DNA of 64,000 bases from Octopus sinensis (GCF_006345805.1 NC_042998.1:44640001-44704000); one strand, 5' to 3'. Counted from the stretch's first letter, positions 25,821 to 39,553 are shown. Numbers and translations are program-made. Notes: a model not told the origin generated them from the letters alone.

Positions 25821-26569
25821 GTTCCCATCTCAAATTCACACACTTATTGCAACGGTCGTTCATGTTTTCTAACACCTGTAAAAGAACTCGGAAAGTTGGG
25901 TTTCCAACCAAACCTTTCACGACACTCCTAAAACCAGTATGTTTTCAATACCCCATCGTAGATATTATTCGAGAAACACGGAATGTCATACTTTCCAGTT
26001 CATCGTACAATTGTTTGTTCCATTTGCAGTCGCTTTAATAGCTTCAATAGTACATTGTTCAGTGTTAAATTCACTGCCAATTATTTCGTTAATGAAAAGT
26101 TATGTTCATTACGCCATTAATAGTAGAATGTATTGTAATAAAAGTTGCATCTCCTTAAGAAATTCTTGTTGCACCATATTGCCAACATATTTGTATAAGT
26201 AATAAATTATTTTCCAAATAAAGTATCCTAGCTGTTAGACGTATATAACCCATTATGTGTAATGCAGCATATATTAATTACTTCCATTAATTGCATCTGG
26301 GGGATAGACCACGAAGTTGTTCGTAGCTGGATTAGCAATCAGAATACTCTACATATTCATGTACAATAAGTCACCATGAATAAAATGGATCTCCATTCGC
26401 GCCCAGCATGACTTCAAAATTTACACGGGCAGAAAAACTTATATAACACAATATTTTTGTTTTATACATTTGAAGCTCTACTTCAGTGGTGCGCATTTTT
26501 AATAGCAATCATGAATCAGGAAGCACCTTAACTTTAAAAATATTTTCTACTATAGGCACAAAACCTAAA

Positions 26570-27150
26570 TTTTTTTAGGGAAGGGTATTAATCAATTACA
26601 AGTCGACCTCGGCAGAATTTAAACTCAGAATGTAGAGACGGACAAAATGCCGCTAAGCATTTTGTCATGTGCGGTAACGGTTCAACCATCTCGCCGCCTT
26701 GCTTAGCTATGATAATAGTTGTTTCAAATTTTGGCACAAAGCCAGCAATTCCGTGGAAGGATGCTAGTCGATTACATCGACCAATCCAGCACTGAACTGG
26801 CACTTGTTTTTATCGATTACGAAAGGATGAAAAACACTATCGATCTCGGCGAAACTCAGATCGTAAAGTCGCTGAGTATTTTGTCCGGCGTTCTAACGAT
26901 TCTGACAATTCGCTGGCTTATGCTTAGCTGTAATAAAGATTTCAAATTTTGGAACAAGGCAATCAAGTCCGAGGTAGTGGCAAGTCGATTGCATCGGCCT
27001 AAGTCCTTGATTGGTACTTATTTCATCAACCCCGAAAGGTTGAAAGGCAAAGTCGACCTCGGCAGAATTTGAACTCAGAACTTAAAGAGGGACGAAATAC
27101 CGCTAAGTATTTTGCCCGGCGCGGTAGCGATTCTGCCAGCTCGCAGCCTT
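26570..27150 (-). mobile_element. Three head-to-tail SINE family M copies
   Basis: Heads end near 26700, 26925 and 27150, all on the same strand. Confidence 0.85.
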
Positions 27151-27754
27151 TATATATGACTGTAATAATACAAATGTATTATATGCAGCCGTAATTTTAA
27201 TCTTAGAACTGGTGTATATAAAAAACAATGTTTATTACAGTTATAAAAAAATAATTTTCGATAATTCTGGAGAAATTATTTCAATAAGAGCCACTACTAA
27301 ATGATTCATGAACAAAACCTTTTTACTTTGAAAGCATTGTTCACACAATCACAGTCATTTGAAGTAGGAACTCTCTGTTTTAGAGCAATTACTTCAGCTA
27401 AGAATCGAAATCATGTTGGAGAGTCAGCTCACCTTGACCTTATCTCTTACATTATTAAGGTTGGAGAGTAGGAGTAAAGTAAAATTTTATTTGAATTATG
27501 CTTGTCTAATCTTGGCAGTCAATTTAATTAGTTTTAGTTTAGTATACTGTTATATATTATATTCAAAGGAATACAACTGGTGTTTCATTTTTAAGATTGT
27601 ATTTGGCTATACTATAACATCAAGGCCAGCTCGCAACAGAGACAGCAGGATAGGATAGTACTATAATGTTCCATAACCTATTTCTATCATTTAGGGGAAA
27701 GGTATGGAATATATCTATTATCTTGTATCTTTTCCTTGTTTTACTTTTCCTGTA

Positions 27755-28152
27755 GTCTTGCTGGGGCACCGCCTTAAAGAAGTTTTAGTCGAATTAATCG
27801 ACCTTATTACCTATAATTTAAAACTTAATGTTTATTTTGTCGGTTACGGGGACGTAAACTCACCAACACCGTTTGTGAAGCGGTGTTGGTGGACATCAGA
27901 AACACATATACACACATATACATACATACATATATAATATGTGTGTGTACATATATATATATGTGTGTGTGTGGTGTGTGTGTGTGTGTATACAACGCGA
28001 TTTTTTCAGTTTCCGTCTATCAAATCCACTCACAAAACTTTGGTCAGCTCGGGGTTATAGCAGAAGATATTTGCCCAAGATGGCAGACAGTAGGACTGAA
28101 CCCTAAACTATGTGGTTGAGAAGTAAACTTACCACACAGCCACAACTGCGCT
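27755..28152 (-). mobile_element. CORE-type SINE family O with internal microsatellite
   Basis: Head (gcgcagttgtggctgtgtggtaag), CORE-like ttgggcaaatatcttctgctata, (CA/TA)n linker and tail. Confidence 0.85.
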
Positions 28153-28873
28153 TATGATTTACATATTGAATAATCAAAAAATATAGGCTAGACAGGCTTC
28201 CTTTTAACATCTTGCGAACCAATGACAAATTTGAGTTCAACGCAGAACTCAAATAAAACACTTATATATTACGCATAAACATTAACTATGTTTCTTAAAT
28301 CATTAACAAATATACACTGAGGTTCATTGAACCATTGAAAGTTTAAGTATATGTAACAAACTAGATTAATTGTCTGCTGTGAAATACGAGTCGCTGAGTC
28401 TTTAACTTAAAGGCTTCTATGTGATCGACATCAATAGCATTGCTTTTAACTAAAAGTGTTTCCCTTACATTTCTGTAATATATCTTGTGTGAGAATTCTT
28501 TTTGTTATGAGTGAGTTGTGAGCAAGATTTATTCTCAAGATATACAAAATAGCATTCATGAAGCCTTACCCACCAACATTTCCTAATTCAACTTTAGGTG
28601 AAAGGTAATCTTAGTGACCAGCAATAAGATTTCTATCGAGTTAGATCTACTACAGCCTTAATCTTTTAAGTCAAATCCCAGTGGTCTCTCATTCTTAAGA
28701 ACGTTGGCGAAAACAATGTTTTCTTTTTTTATATAGGTAAAGCCTTAAATCTCAGCAGTGAATAATTTCTTCAATCCTTCATATCCAGAACTGTAATTCT
28801 CTGAAATTTTTTTCTTGCTCATGTTTTTTTCCCTTTAGTCGTAAACCGACAGTAATTTAAACTATACGTCAAT

Positions 28874-28934
<61 letters not shown>

Positions 28935-29399
28935 GGGTTTAGTGACAAGTTGCTTGACCACGTACCTAAATTTTTAGAAATAGCAGCCAAAAGACTACTA
29001 TTTCCTTTTTCTACACAGACAACAATATTTGTAACTCACACATGGCAAAAAAAGAAGAAAAATAATGAAACCAGACAGTCTTCGATTAATTATGGACGCG
29101 TTTCTGGATTAGAATCATAAGATTCATTTCCGTTATCAACGTAATATTTCGATAAATAAACCTGAAGATGCTAGGAAAACTTATCCCTTATATTTCTGAC
29201 CTAGCGTCATCAGAACATATAAAAGCTAATCAGCATATCCACATTTATATAGACGAGTGAATTCGTCTATATATTATATATATATATAATATATATATAT
29301 ATAATATATATATATATATATACATAGATAGATAGATTATATATATATATATATATATATAGATTATATATATAGAGAGAGATTATATATATATATAAG

Positions 29400-29720
29400 A
29401 ATACAAGAAATGGAATAATGACACAACAGGCGACAACAAAACATCCAGACAGTAAGACGATACAAAACGGATAAGAAAAAAAAAGGACGTGTCATTCGGA
29501 GTTTTCTATCTTATGTCGAGGTCCAGGTTTTCTCAGCAGTTTCAGCTGGTTATACGCGAGACTGCTCCAATCTGGCCAGTCCCAAGAAACATCTAACCTA
29601 AGAGCACTACATTCCTTGGAAGAAAGCTGCGAATGTATACGAAAACAAGGACGAGGAAAAAATACGGAGAAATGGTACACAAATACAAATGCAAACAACA
29701 GGTGTCTTTCGACTAAGGAC
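29400..29720. other. Unassigned ~320-bp non-coding element embedded between (TA)n and (CT)n/(TA)n
   Basis: Same context as the pLTR families, but I could not fold a convincing hammerhead. Confidence 0.3.
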
Positions 29721-29740
29721 AAAATAAATTAAGCTCTTTT

Positions 29741-29821
<81 letters not shown>

Positions 29822-30009
29822 TGAGAAAGTTGATGTGTGAAAGCACGTGGTTGAATATATAGAAAATAGTAAAAAGTGAAACATTCTTCTGACATAATGA
29901 CTCAAATATATATTTTTTAACCTTTTAAAACAAGCCTTCTGTAGTTTTTCACTTTTTACTATTTTCTATATATATATATACATACATATATATATACATA
30001 CACACACAA

Positions 30010-30113
<104 letters not shown>

Positions 30114-30305
30114 AAGTCAAATTGCGATAAAATAACATTAATTATTATCGCTGGTATTTCTAGCACAAGCCATATATTTTTCATATATCAGTACATTAAG
30201 GCGAAATATGTGCTAGAAACACAGAAGCTAGATAAATTTAGTGAAATGAAGATAAAAACATTTACTAACTCGGTTCCTCTTAGACTGCAGTTTCGTTCTT
30301 TTCAG

Positions 30306-30343
30306 CAATAAAGATAATTTATTTGCTCAGGGAGAATTCATCG
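30306..30343 (+). CDS. Candidate micro-exon [12 protein letters not shown]
   Basis: TACTAAC branch-point-like motif near 30263, gttcttttcag acceptor and TCG|gtaaga donor. Two other AGs lie upstream, so the acceptor is ambiguous. Confidence 0.3.
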
Positions 30344-30521
30344 GTAAGAGCCCTGTTGTTCTGAGATCCTAACTCACTAGAAGCATGTGCTTCTAATGAT
30401 TTGCTCTCTCTAACTAATCAGATCACTGCGCAGACTCAGAACGTCCCGACAAAACTAGGGATTTCTGGTATATTGTCTAACGCACAAAATTTATCGAGAA
30501 ATATGTAAACAAGTCAAATTG

Positions 30522-30568
<47 letters not shown>

Positions 30569-30699
30569 ATATATGTATATATATATCGTAACCGCCTTAG
30601 CAGCATTGCTTAAGTCATTTGTTGTTATCGCTCTTCTTGGCACTGAAAAATTTTTAATGTCAGTGCAATCAAAATTACATTAACTGCTGATACTTTATA

Positions 30700-30743
30700 T
30701 AATAGTAATAATAATAATGATAATAACAATAATAATAATAATA

Positions 30744-30791
<48 letters not shown>

Positions 30792-30820
30792 GTAAGAAGA
30801 AGAAGAGCAACAACAACAAC

Positions 30821-30851
<31 letters not shown>

Positions 30852-30872
30852 TAGTAGTAGTAGTAGTAGTAG
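30700..30872. repeat. Compound (AAT)n/(ATT)n/(AAG)/(AAC)/(AGT)n microsatellite
   Basis: Directly visible. Confidence 0.95.
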
Positions 30873-31213
30873 TTTGGCACTGTAGTGACGGTGTTTTTAA
30901 TACTGATTTTATATAAAAACATGACTTGCATTTTTCCAATTGTGTTACAGAACAGGTTCCATTATTTTATGAATTGTCACTGTTATTTCATTTGCTTAAA
31001 ATTCTTTCCAAAATGCTTTTAACGAAATTATAAAAATATGTTTGGCTGTTCAGTGTGGATGTCTGCTATCTATGTTTGCACATACAAGTGCGCATGTGTG
31101 TGTGTGAATATATGTATATACATTGATATGTGTATTAAGTATGTGTGTGTATATATTGTTTGTATGTCTATATATATGTACATATATGCAAATACATGAT
31201 AATATATATACCC

Positions 31214-31272
<59 letters not shown>

Positions 31273-31888
31273 CATATATATATACATATATATATTCAAA
31301 TATATATTCAAATATATGTTCATATATATATGCAAATATGTGCATATATACGCATGTATATATGTGTGTCTATGTTTACATGTATGCATGCATATATGTG
31401 CGAGTACGCATGAGACTGTGTATATATGCATACTGGCACGCGCGAAAATACATGCGTATAAACTTTTACAGACAATCATAATCAAACACATACATAATAA
31501 GCACATACAAACACATACACAGACACTCACACATACACCCTTAGACACAAAATCTCACACACACATATACCTGTATATATGTATGTTGTATAATTCTTCT
31601 ATAAATTTTAAAATTACTTTTGCAAGTTAAATTACAAGAAGAAGCTTTTAGAAACGATTAAAAAGTTGAACTGTAAGTAAATTCGAAAATAATCATCCTA
31701 ACTTTAATTTAATTTTGGTTAATTCTTCAAATTGTAGGACAGAGATTATTTTTCCACTCACAAATATGGAGGTTCTTATATCGATATTTTTTCTGTATCC
31801 TCATGCCCTTTCTATATGTATAATAAATCATGGATTAACACCTAAGTTATTACAATGTCAACAACACTAATCAGTATAAGGTCTCCTA

Positions 31889-32468
31889 AAGGCGACGAGC
31901 TGGCAGAATCGTTAGCACGCCGGGCGAAATACTAAGCGGTATTTCGTCTGCCGCTTCGTTCTGAGTTCAAATTCCGTCGAGGTCGACTTTGCCTTTCATC
32001 CTTTCGGGGTCGATAAAATAAGTACCAGTTACGCATTGCAGTCGATGTAATCGACTTAATCCGTTTATCTGTCCTTGTTTGTCCACTCTGTGTTTAGCCC
32101 CCTGTGGGTAGTAAAGAAATAGGTATTTCGTCTGCCGCTTCGTTCTGAGTTCAAATTCCGTCGAGGTCGACTTCGCCTTTCATCCTTTCGGGGTCGATAA
32201 AATAAGTACCAGTTACGCATTGCAGTCGATGTAATCGACTTAATCCATTTATCTGTCCTTGTTTGTCCACTCTATGTTTAGCCCCTTGTGGGTAGCAAAA
32301 AAAATAGGTATTTTATCTGTCCATGCGTTCTGAATTTAAATTCTGCCGAGGTCGACTTTACCTTTCATCATTTTGGGATCGATAATTACCAGTTTAGCAT
32401 TGCAGTCGATATAATCGTCTTGCCCACTCCATGAAACTTGCTAACTTTTAAACCAAAATTTTAAATCA
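31889..32468 (+). mobile_element. SINE family M tandem: one full copy plus two headless units
   Basis: Units 2 and 3 start at gtattt (32123 and 32308) directly after the tail aaatag. Units 1 and 2 share private variants; unit 3 has the older tail type. Confidence 0.9.
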
Positions 32469-32859
32469 GTATTAGACATTGAGTAGCATGCTTTCTTTTC
32501 CGCGTCGTATATAGTAGTCCTATACCCTTTTTAATGCTCACCACAAACATAGCATTTTATGCACTCTTTAATGCGCACTACATAGATTTTTATTGCTTAT
32601 GACATTAAATATACTAACCGTACGGCGGTTAAATTTATTACTCATCTCTCTGAAATCGATAAGATAAATACTAATAATATGTATGTTCGATATGCTTCAA
32701 TATATTACTTCGACCATATATTTTTCCACGACAGGTAATGATGATTTACCGTTTAATTACAGACATGAGGAAAATCCTACGTAGATACATACATCAGTAC
32801 ATCTGCTCATAAAGGCACAGGCAAGCATACAGGCATATATACATACATATATATATGCT

Positions 32860-32860
32860 T

Positions 32861-32950
<90 letters not shown>
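32860..32950. repeat. (GATA)n microsatellite
   Basis: Directly visible. Confidence 0.95.
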
Positions 32951-32952
<2 letters not shown>

Positions 32953-33079
32953 GAAGACAGACAGATAGTAATTTTTATACATGAATGTCGATGACGATGA
33001 CTTCGAAGTTTCGGCCAGGTAAGCCATAGTCCGCCTGCAGTGCATAAGAGTTAGTCTTGCCTTTATATACACTCTGTTG

Positions 33080-33475
33080 ACACAGTTCTATATTTAAGGG
33101 ATGAGGAGTAATGTACATTATTTACATTATTTACATTTGGCGGATATTTGTCCTTATCTAGTTTGTTGTTAACACAACGTTTCAGCTTATATACACTCTA
33201 GGCTTTATCAGGTGCCTTGGGGAAATTTCGACCCGGTTTCTCATTCGTATGGTATTTTTCGATGTTGTTCTTGGTGTTATCATAAGTGACGTGAATAATT
33301 ATAATAATAATAACAACAACAACAACAACGAAAAATACCTTAGGAATGAGAACCCAGGTTCGAAATTTCCCCAAGGCACCTCATGAAGGCTGGAGGGTAT
33401 ATCAGCCGAAACGTTGTGTTAACAACAAACAAGATGAGAACAAATATCCGCCAAATGTAAATAATGTACATAATG
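33080..33475 (+). mobile_element. Foldback of two opposed family A pLTRs with 12-bp TSD
   Basis: Arms at about 33105-33280 and 33320-33475 are reverse complements. tacactctgttg occurs at 33068-33079 and 33476-33487. Confidence 0.85.
33375..33420 (+). ncRNA. Minimal type-I hammerhead-like motif (family A)
   Basis: GGCAC-CUCAUGA-A-GGCUG gaggguauau CAGCC-GAA-ACGU-U-GUGUU. The opposite arm (33171-33216, minus) has CUGAUAA, so the two copies reconstruct canonical CUGAUGA. Confidence 0.6.
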
Positions 33476-34049
33476 TACACTCTGTTGCGTTAAACTCATC
33501 TTTAGATGTATGGCTTTGAGTGGAAAGATGATTAGGTTTTTGCTAGTGAGTTGTTATGGAAAGGTGTTTTCGAAATTTTTTATTGATTAAATTTAGGGTT
33601 GTTATTGTCTAGAATTTACTCATGCATATAGAACTGTGTAAACAAACATGAAAATGTTCTCTTTTGCTATGTATGCACAAGGTCTGACAGTAATTTTGTT
33701 GCTTTTAGTATCATTGGATTTAATCCTTTTACTTTGACAATATAATGGTCAAAGTTACAAAGTCCAGTATTTAAACCCTTAGTAATTAGGTGTATCAACT
33801 TTATTTCACCAAAGAATGTTGGTAGGTCATAAGTTTAGGCTGGTCATTTTTATGTTTTCATTTGTAATTTTGTGTTTATTAGTCAGATATGTCATGGCTC
33901 TGTTAGTATAGACAGTTTTCTCTCTTGTGATTTGATGTTCAAAAAAGTATTTGAATAAATGTTGTTTGTCTATATGTTTCTCTCTAAGTGCTCATAGTTC
34001 TAAAAGTAATTTTATTAATATATAACGATTTTAAACTTTCTGTTTTCAG

Positions 34050-34095
34050 GGGGTAGAGTTCCTTCAAATTCTGTTCTAGATATACTATGTAAACG
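34050..34095 (+). CDS. Candidate micro-exon GRVPSNSVLDILCK
   Basis: aaactttctgttttcag acceptor and ACG|gtaaaa donor. Only the phase 1 to 2 frame is open, and it matches 30306-30343. Confidence 0.25.
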
Positions 34096-34506
34096 GTAAA
34101 AATATTGCCTGTAGTCAAAATTGATGGTTCTCAACAGAAATGGAAGAAAGCTCGATTCGATTGACCAATTAGTTTCGGTTTTCCTTGGTCAAGGATCGAA
34201 TAACCTCAGCGGGTTTGCGTCAAGCTCAACTTATTTACATATGGGTGTAAATATAATTGTACCGATTATTCAAACAGATACACTACGTATATAAGATTAA
34301 TTGTGTAAACAATTTATTATAGCGTGTCTTATGTATAGAACTGGACTATTCATAAAATAGTATGTGTATTCTCTTTAACGTTCGGGTGAAATAATCAAAT
34401 CCAGATGATTCAGCAGCGAAAGCGGAAATAATTCTTTCCTCACAGAAAATAAATCATACTTGTTTAATCTGAAATCTCCGCAAATTTGATTGCTCCTTCG
34501 TACTTA

Positions 34507-34899
34507 TACTCTTTACTCTTTTACTCTTTTACTTGTTTCAGTCAGTTGAGTGTGGCCATGCTGGAGCAAATCGACCCCAAGATTTATTCTTTGTAAGCAT
34601 GGTACTTATTCTATTGGTCTCTTTTGCCGAAACGCAAAGTTACGAGGACGTAAACACGCCAACATCGGTTGTCAAGCGATGTTGGGGGGACAAACATAGA
34701 CACACAAACATATAAACACACATACACATATATATATACATATAGACGACGGGCTTCTTTCAGTTTCCGTCTGCCAAATCCACTCACAAGGATTTGGTCG
34801 GCCCTAGGCTATAGTAGAAGACACGTGCCCAAAGTGCCACGCAATGGGACTGAACCCGGAACCATGTGGTTCGTAAGCAAGCTATTGACCACACAGCCA
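34507..34899 (-). mobile_element. CORE-type SINE family O
   Basis: Near-complete head, core, microsatellite linker and tail ending in (tactcttt)n. Confidence 0.9.
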
Positions 34900-35544
34900 T
34901 TTTATCTGAAAAGTGTGTTACAAATGATTAATCTTGTTTAATATATTGTATCATAAACAAATAATTCCGTTTTATTAATTATTGGATATCCATTTTCGAT
35001 TAATCAAGCTATACAAAAAAAAACACGAAAAAAAATGAAAATGGCTAGTGGTTTTCATTATTTTGTTCTAACTCTGCATAGTGACATTTCTTTTATAAAC
35101 ATCGGTGTTTTGACCATACTGAGGCGCAACTTCAAGAATTAAGTGTCTATTTATTTTGTGCTGTCCCAGATATTTCCTGGAACTAATCTGTGTTAAATTG
35201 GTGTTCTTGTCGTCGTCGCTGCTGGCTGGAAGTGTGGAGGTAGCGGTGGTCGCGGTTGTGATGCTAGTGATGGTAGAAATATGTTTACTTTGAAATATAT
35301 ATATATTAGTATGGATGATGCCGGATACGAGAAAGAGTGATTTACGGAGTATTTAAATGTGTCAGGAGGACAATGGAGGTTCTTTAGTAAACATTTTGTT
35401 TTAGACTGTTATATCGATCTTCTTTCTCTTGCCTTCTGTCTTGTTCTCTATGTATATATGTATGTGTATATGTGTGTGTTTTCGTATGTATTTATATATG
35501 TATATGTATGCATATGTGTGTGACTGTGTGTGTGTGGTTCAAAG

Positions 35545-35735
35545 TTGTACAAAAACTAAAGACAGAGACAGGTGAGGGGACAACTGACAAGGTGTATTAG
35601 TTTGACGCACAGGAAAAATGGGAGAAGTCTTTCACGTTTCAAGCCTACGCTCTTCTACAGAAAGAAATAAAGAAAGACAAGAAATGGGGAGAAGAAAACG
35701 AAACGGAGAGGAAAAAAATGTCTGGATTAATGGCA
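35545..35735 (-). mobile_element. Family D short element with hammerhead-like fold at 35629-35664
   Basis: Homologous to 55634-55818 and 59255-59439. Fold: CUUU-CUGUAGA-A-GAGC guag GCUU-GAA-ACGU-G-AAAG. Confidence 0.6.
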
Positions 35736-36138
35736 GACTTAACTAGCAATGTATAAAAATCAAACGGCTAACAACCATTCTTACAAAAAAAATACCTAAA
35801 GCTTAGTTTATAAAGTTTATAAAAAGTAAAACTATTTTCTTTTCCTATATCTTTTTTTTTACTTTTCAAATTGGACAGAGTTCCATGTGCAATTGGAGAA
35901 AATTTGTATTTCTTTTCGTTTCCTGCTTTGTTTATATCCCACAGAGTAAACGTGACATACTTAAGCATATATGAATGCCTGCACATAGACTCACGCACAC
36001 ACTCGCGCACACACATATACAGAAGCGCATGCGCAAGTATGCTCCTACCATGAACAGTTTTACCTTGTTACATATACTTTGTACATGTGTATGCATACAT
36101 GTGTGTATGTATGTGCACATACATATATATCTATATAC

Positions 36139-36221
<83 letters not shown>

Positions 36222-37567
36222 ATATATATAATATATATATATGCCTTTATGTGTGTGTGTAAGTATACTATGTTAGAATACGTATATATATAATTATAAA
36301 CACGAATATATGTGTACATCCATGCTTACATATATAGCATTGTTTTCTCTCGAATATTCTTATATATTAAATGTATGCTTGTATGTACGTGGATAGAACT
36401 ATAAGAGTGTGTGTGTGTGTCTATATTTGCATATGTGAAATTTTAGCGTTTCACTAACCTTCTAAGGTAAATATTTTATTCAACTTCTTGTTACTTTCAT
36501 CGGCTAATTAGAAGCAATTCACAAGCGAGTTAGCTGCAATGGAACGCCATTAGATATGGTTCACTACATATGACATGACGTCATTATGTGATGTCTTTTC
36601 GTCTTTTTCTAGATTGGCAGTCATACTTCTTTGGCAACTAATTTCTGAACCTTTTTTTTTTCTTTTTCTCATTTTTTTACTTTTTCCTTAACAAGACACT
36701 ATACATTTCATAAGTCATAGATCAAAAATATATATATTCGATGGTGTATTTGCAAATTTCAGTGTTGCTGATGTAGTGTCTGTATGTGTGTGTGTGTGTG
36801 TGTCTGTGTGTGTATCTGCGTGTGTATGGTCTCTGCGTTTATGTGTGTCTCTGTGAGTATGTGTCTGTGTATTTGTGTGTGCGTGTGCGTGCTTGCGCGC
36901 GTGCGCATGTGTGTGTGCGTCTGTGTGTATGTGCGTGTGTGTTGCATGGATATATAAAGTACATATGTTTATATTTGTCTAGAAACAATATTAATTGCAC
37001 CGCAGTGATGTCAGCATGAACAGATGCTTAGAAGATCATCTTAACTATATGGTCGTATTCTTACAGTTGATTACACAACCCAGAGATAAGCATAAGTCGC
37101 TTGATACTAGTTAGACATGAAACACACAGTTTTGTTCTATCTAACTTGATTTTCAGAAAGTATATACTACTGCGATACAACTATTTACTGAGATGCTACT
37201 GGAGTTTTTTTTTAAAAAAAACGAGCAAATATATAATACATATTTCTGTTGAATTTAAACTACTTATATTTAAAACGATAAAGTTCTGTATCGTTTTATA
37301 AGGTTAATTCTGCAACTTTCTCTAGAAATTATGGCCAGCACTGACTTCTTACGACGTTTCGTATCTGAATACGTTTAAGGTAAACAATGCAATCGAAGAT
37401 GGAAAAAGATTAGTAATGGGTGTAGATGCATCTTTCAGGAGTTCTTGCTCCTTCCTCAGTGCCACATTCAACATTCAACCCATTTTCTTTATACGAATTA
37501 TTCTTTATATAACACACGTATACATGCTCCCTAAATTAACACTTGCTTACTTGCTAAATATGCAATT

Positions 37568-37618
<51 letters not shown>

Positions 37619-37664
37619 ATATATATGTATATATATATGTATATATATGTATGTATGTATGTAT

Positions 37665-37696
<32 letters not shown>

Positions 37697-37715
37697 ATAT
37701 ATGTATATAGATGTA

Positions 37716-37756
<41 letters not shown>

Positions 37757-37787
37757 ATATATATATATATATGTATGTAGTATGTAT

Positions 37788-37826
<39 letters not shown>

Positions 37827-38133
37827 TATATATACATATTAGGGAGTATAACTCCAAACTTACAGGTGAAGATTCAATTTAGTATTAAATCAAATTTCAA
37901 CATATATATATATATATAAATTAGAGAAAAACCACAATTATGTAATTCAATTATGTACGTAGTCTCTTTATTAATTATATACTGTTTATTATTATGTACT
38001 TTATAGTGATCTAGGTAAATGTTTTATCATATATTTTATTTTTTCTATATGATATGAGTTACGTCTATCATTGTTTGAATTACATGATGGTGGTTTTTCT
38101 CTAATTTATATATATACATATGTACGAGTGTGA

Positions 38134-39346
38134 GTGTAAATAAGTAACAAGAATGTGCAGGTGTCAATACATTACGACCGTTTCAAGTGGCTCCATTTAA
38201 TTGATCAATGAAAACATTTCATTACATCTAAGTATATTTTTTAATCATGCAATACTCATTAAATGTTTACATGCCCAAATCGGTTTAGCTATTGTTTCCG
38301 CATGTACTCCCTTATACTTTTAGTATACCTCTAACTCAATTACTCCTTGTATTCGATTTCATAGTTTCCATATATTATACTTATCCACCCGTAATGAAGA
38401 AAATATACTTTCTTATTGTTTTAATATATACTATGTACTCCTACTCAGATCATAATTTATTTCAGTTATGCATTCATTATAGAATGGGTTTATCATGACC
38501 AGTTTAACAATGTAATTAGGAAAGGCTTTACTGTTTTTCATATATATTAAAGCATCCCATTATTATGCTTTTAAGTTTAATTTCTATCCCTTTTCTATAT
38601 ATTGATTTAAATTTTGTCAATTTAATATAAAAAAATTGCAAAGTTACGAATTACTACCTCCCGTATCCCTCAATTCTAATTTCCACCCTTAAATCTTATA
38701 TTGTTTGTATCTTTTATTTTACATTATATTCTGCTTTGTTTGATAATTTAAATAAATATTGGCTACTCCTATCCTTCCTTCTTCTAGTTGCCACCTGTTC
38801 CACATCTGTCATTCTCTTGCTAGCAGCTCTGTGACATATTCTTTTATGTAGATAAAGCCAGATATATGGTTTCATTACAATGAAGGCTGGGAGATAGATT
38901 GACATTGATTTATTTATCACAATCAACTAGAATACAGTTGGCAACTCTCAGTAGATTTAATTCTAAATGGTTGACGACTACATGCTGCATAAAATTTTCT
39001 AAATATAAATAACTATGTCACCACTCATTATCTTGACAAACTTCAGCCCCACTGTTTTTCCTTTGCTACTTTCTGAATGATAGTAGGATTAATAAGATAT
39101 GCATTATTTTCCAAACTCATTCTGCCACAGATATAAAATAAGGAAACAATGTAATTATTTTGATTTCTATTTTTCGTGTAAATTTGTTTAAAATATTTTA
39201 CCCTTTATGTCTCAAATCTATATGGTCATCTGCCTCGGAAGAGCGCGGTTTCTTTCAAATTAATGCAAATGCTCAATTAAATGGAGCCGCTTGAAACGAG
39301 CCGTAACGTATTGACACCCGAACATCCTTGTTACTTATTTACAATC
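38134..39346 (+). mobile_element. Possible old PLE foldback (family G) with decayed GIY-YIG remnant
   Basis: ~70-bp inverted arms at 38134-38204 and 39273-39346. Inside, 38790-38862 translates with one frameshift as ATCSTSVIL/C*QLCDIFFYVDKAR. Confidence 0.4.
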
Positions 39347-39456
39347 TATTCACCTAATTTCGAGCTGTGCCGACTATACAGAACTGAACTAGTAAGGTGC
39401 CTCAATTTAAGTAACTAATTTAACTGAATCTGAAATAAATATATATAAATATGTAT

Positions 39457-39553
<97 letters not shown>

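Noticed and set aside
38788-38835. Strong + acceptor followed by a hydrophobic GPI-like tail ATCSTSVILLLAAL*
   Set aside because: The same bases fit a decayed GIY-YIG motif within the family G foldback, and no upstream exon links to it.
39260-39285. Octamer ATGCAAAT and homeodomain-like TAAT sites as an enhancer
   Set aside because: These are short AT-rich motifs expected by chance, and they overlap the repeated family G motif.
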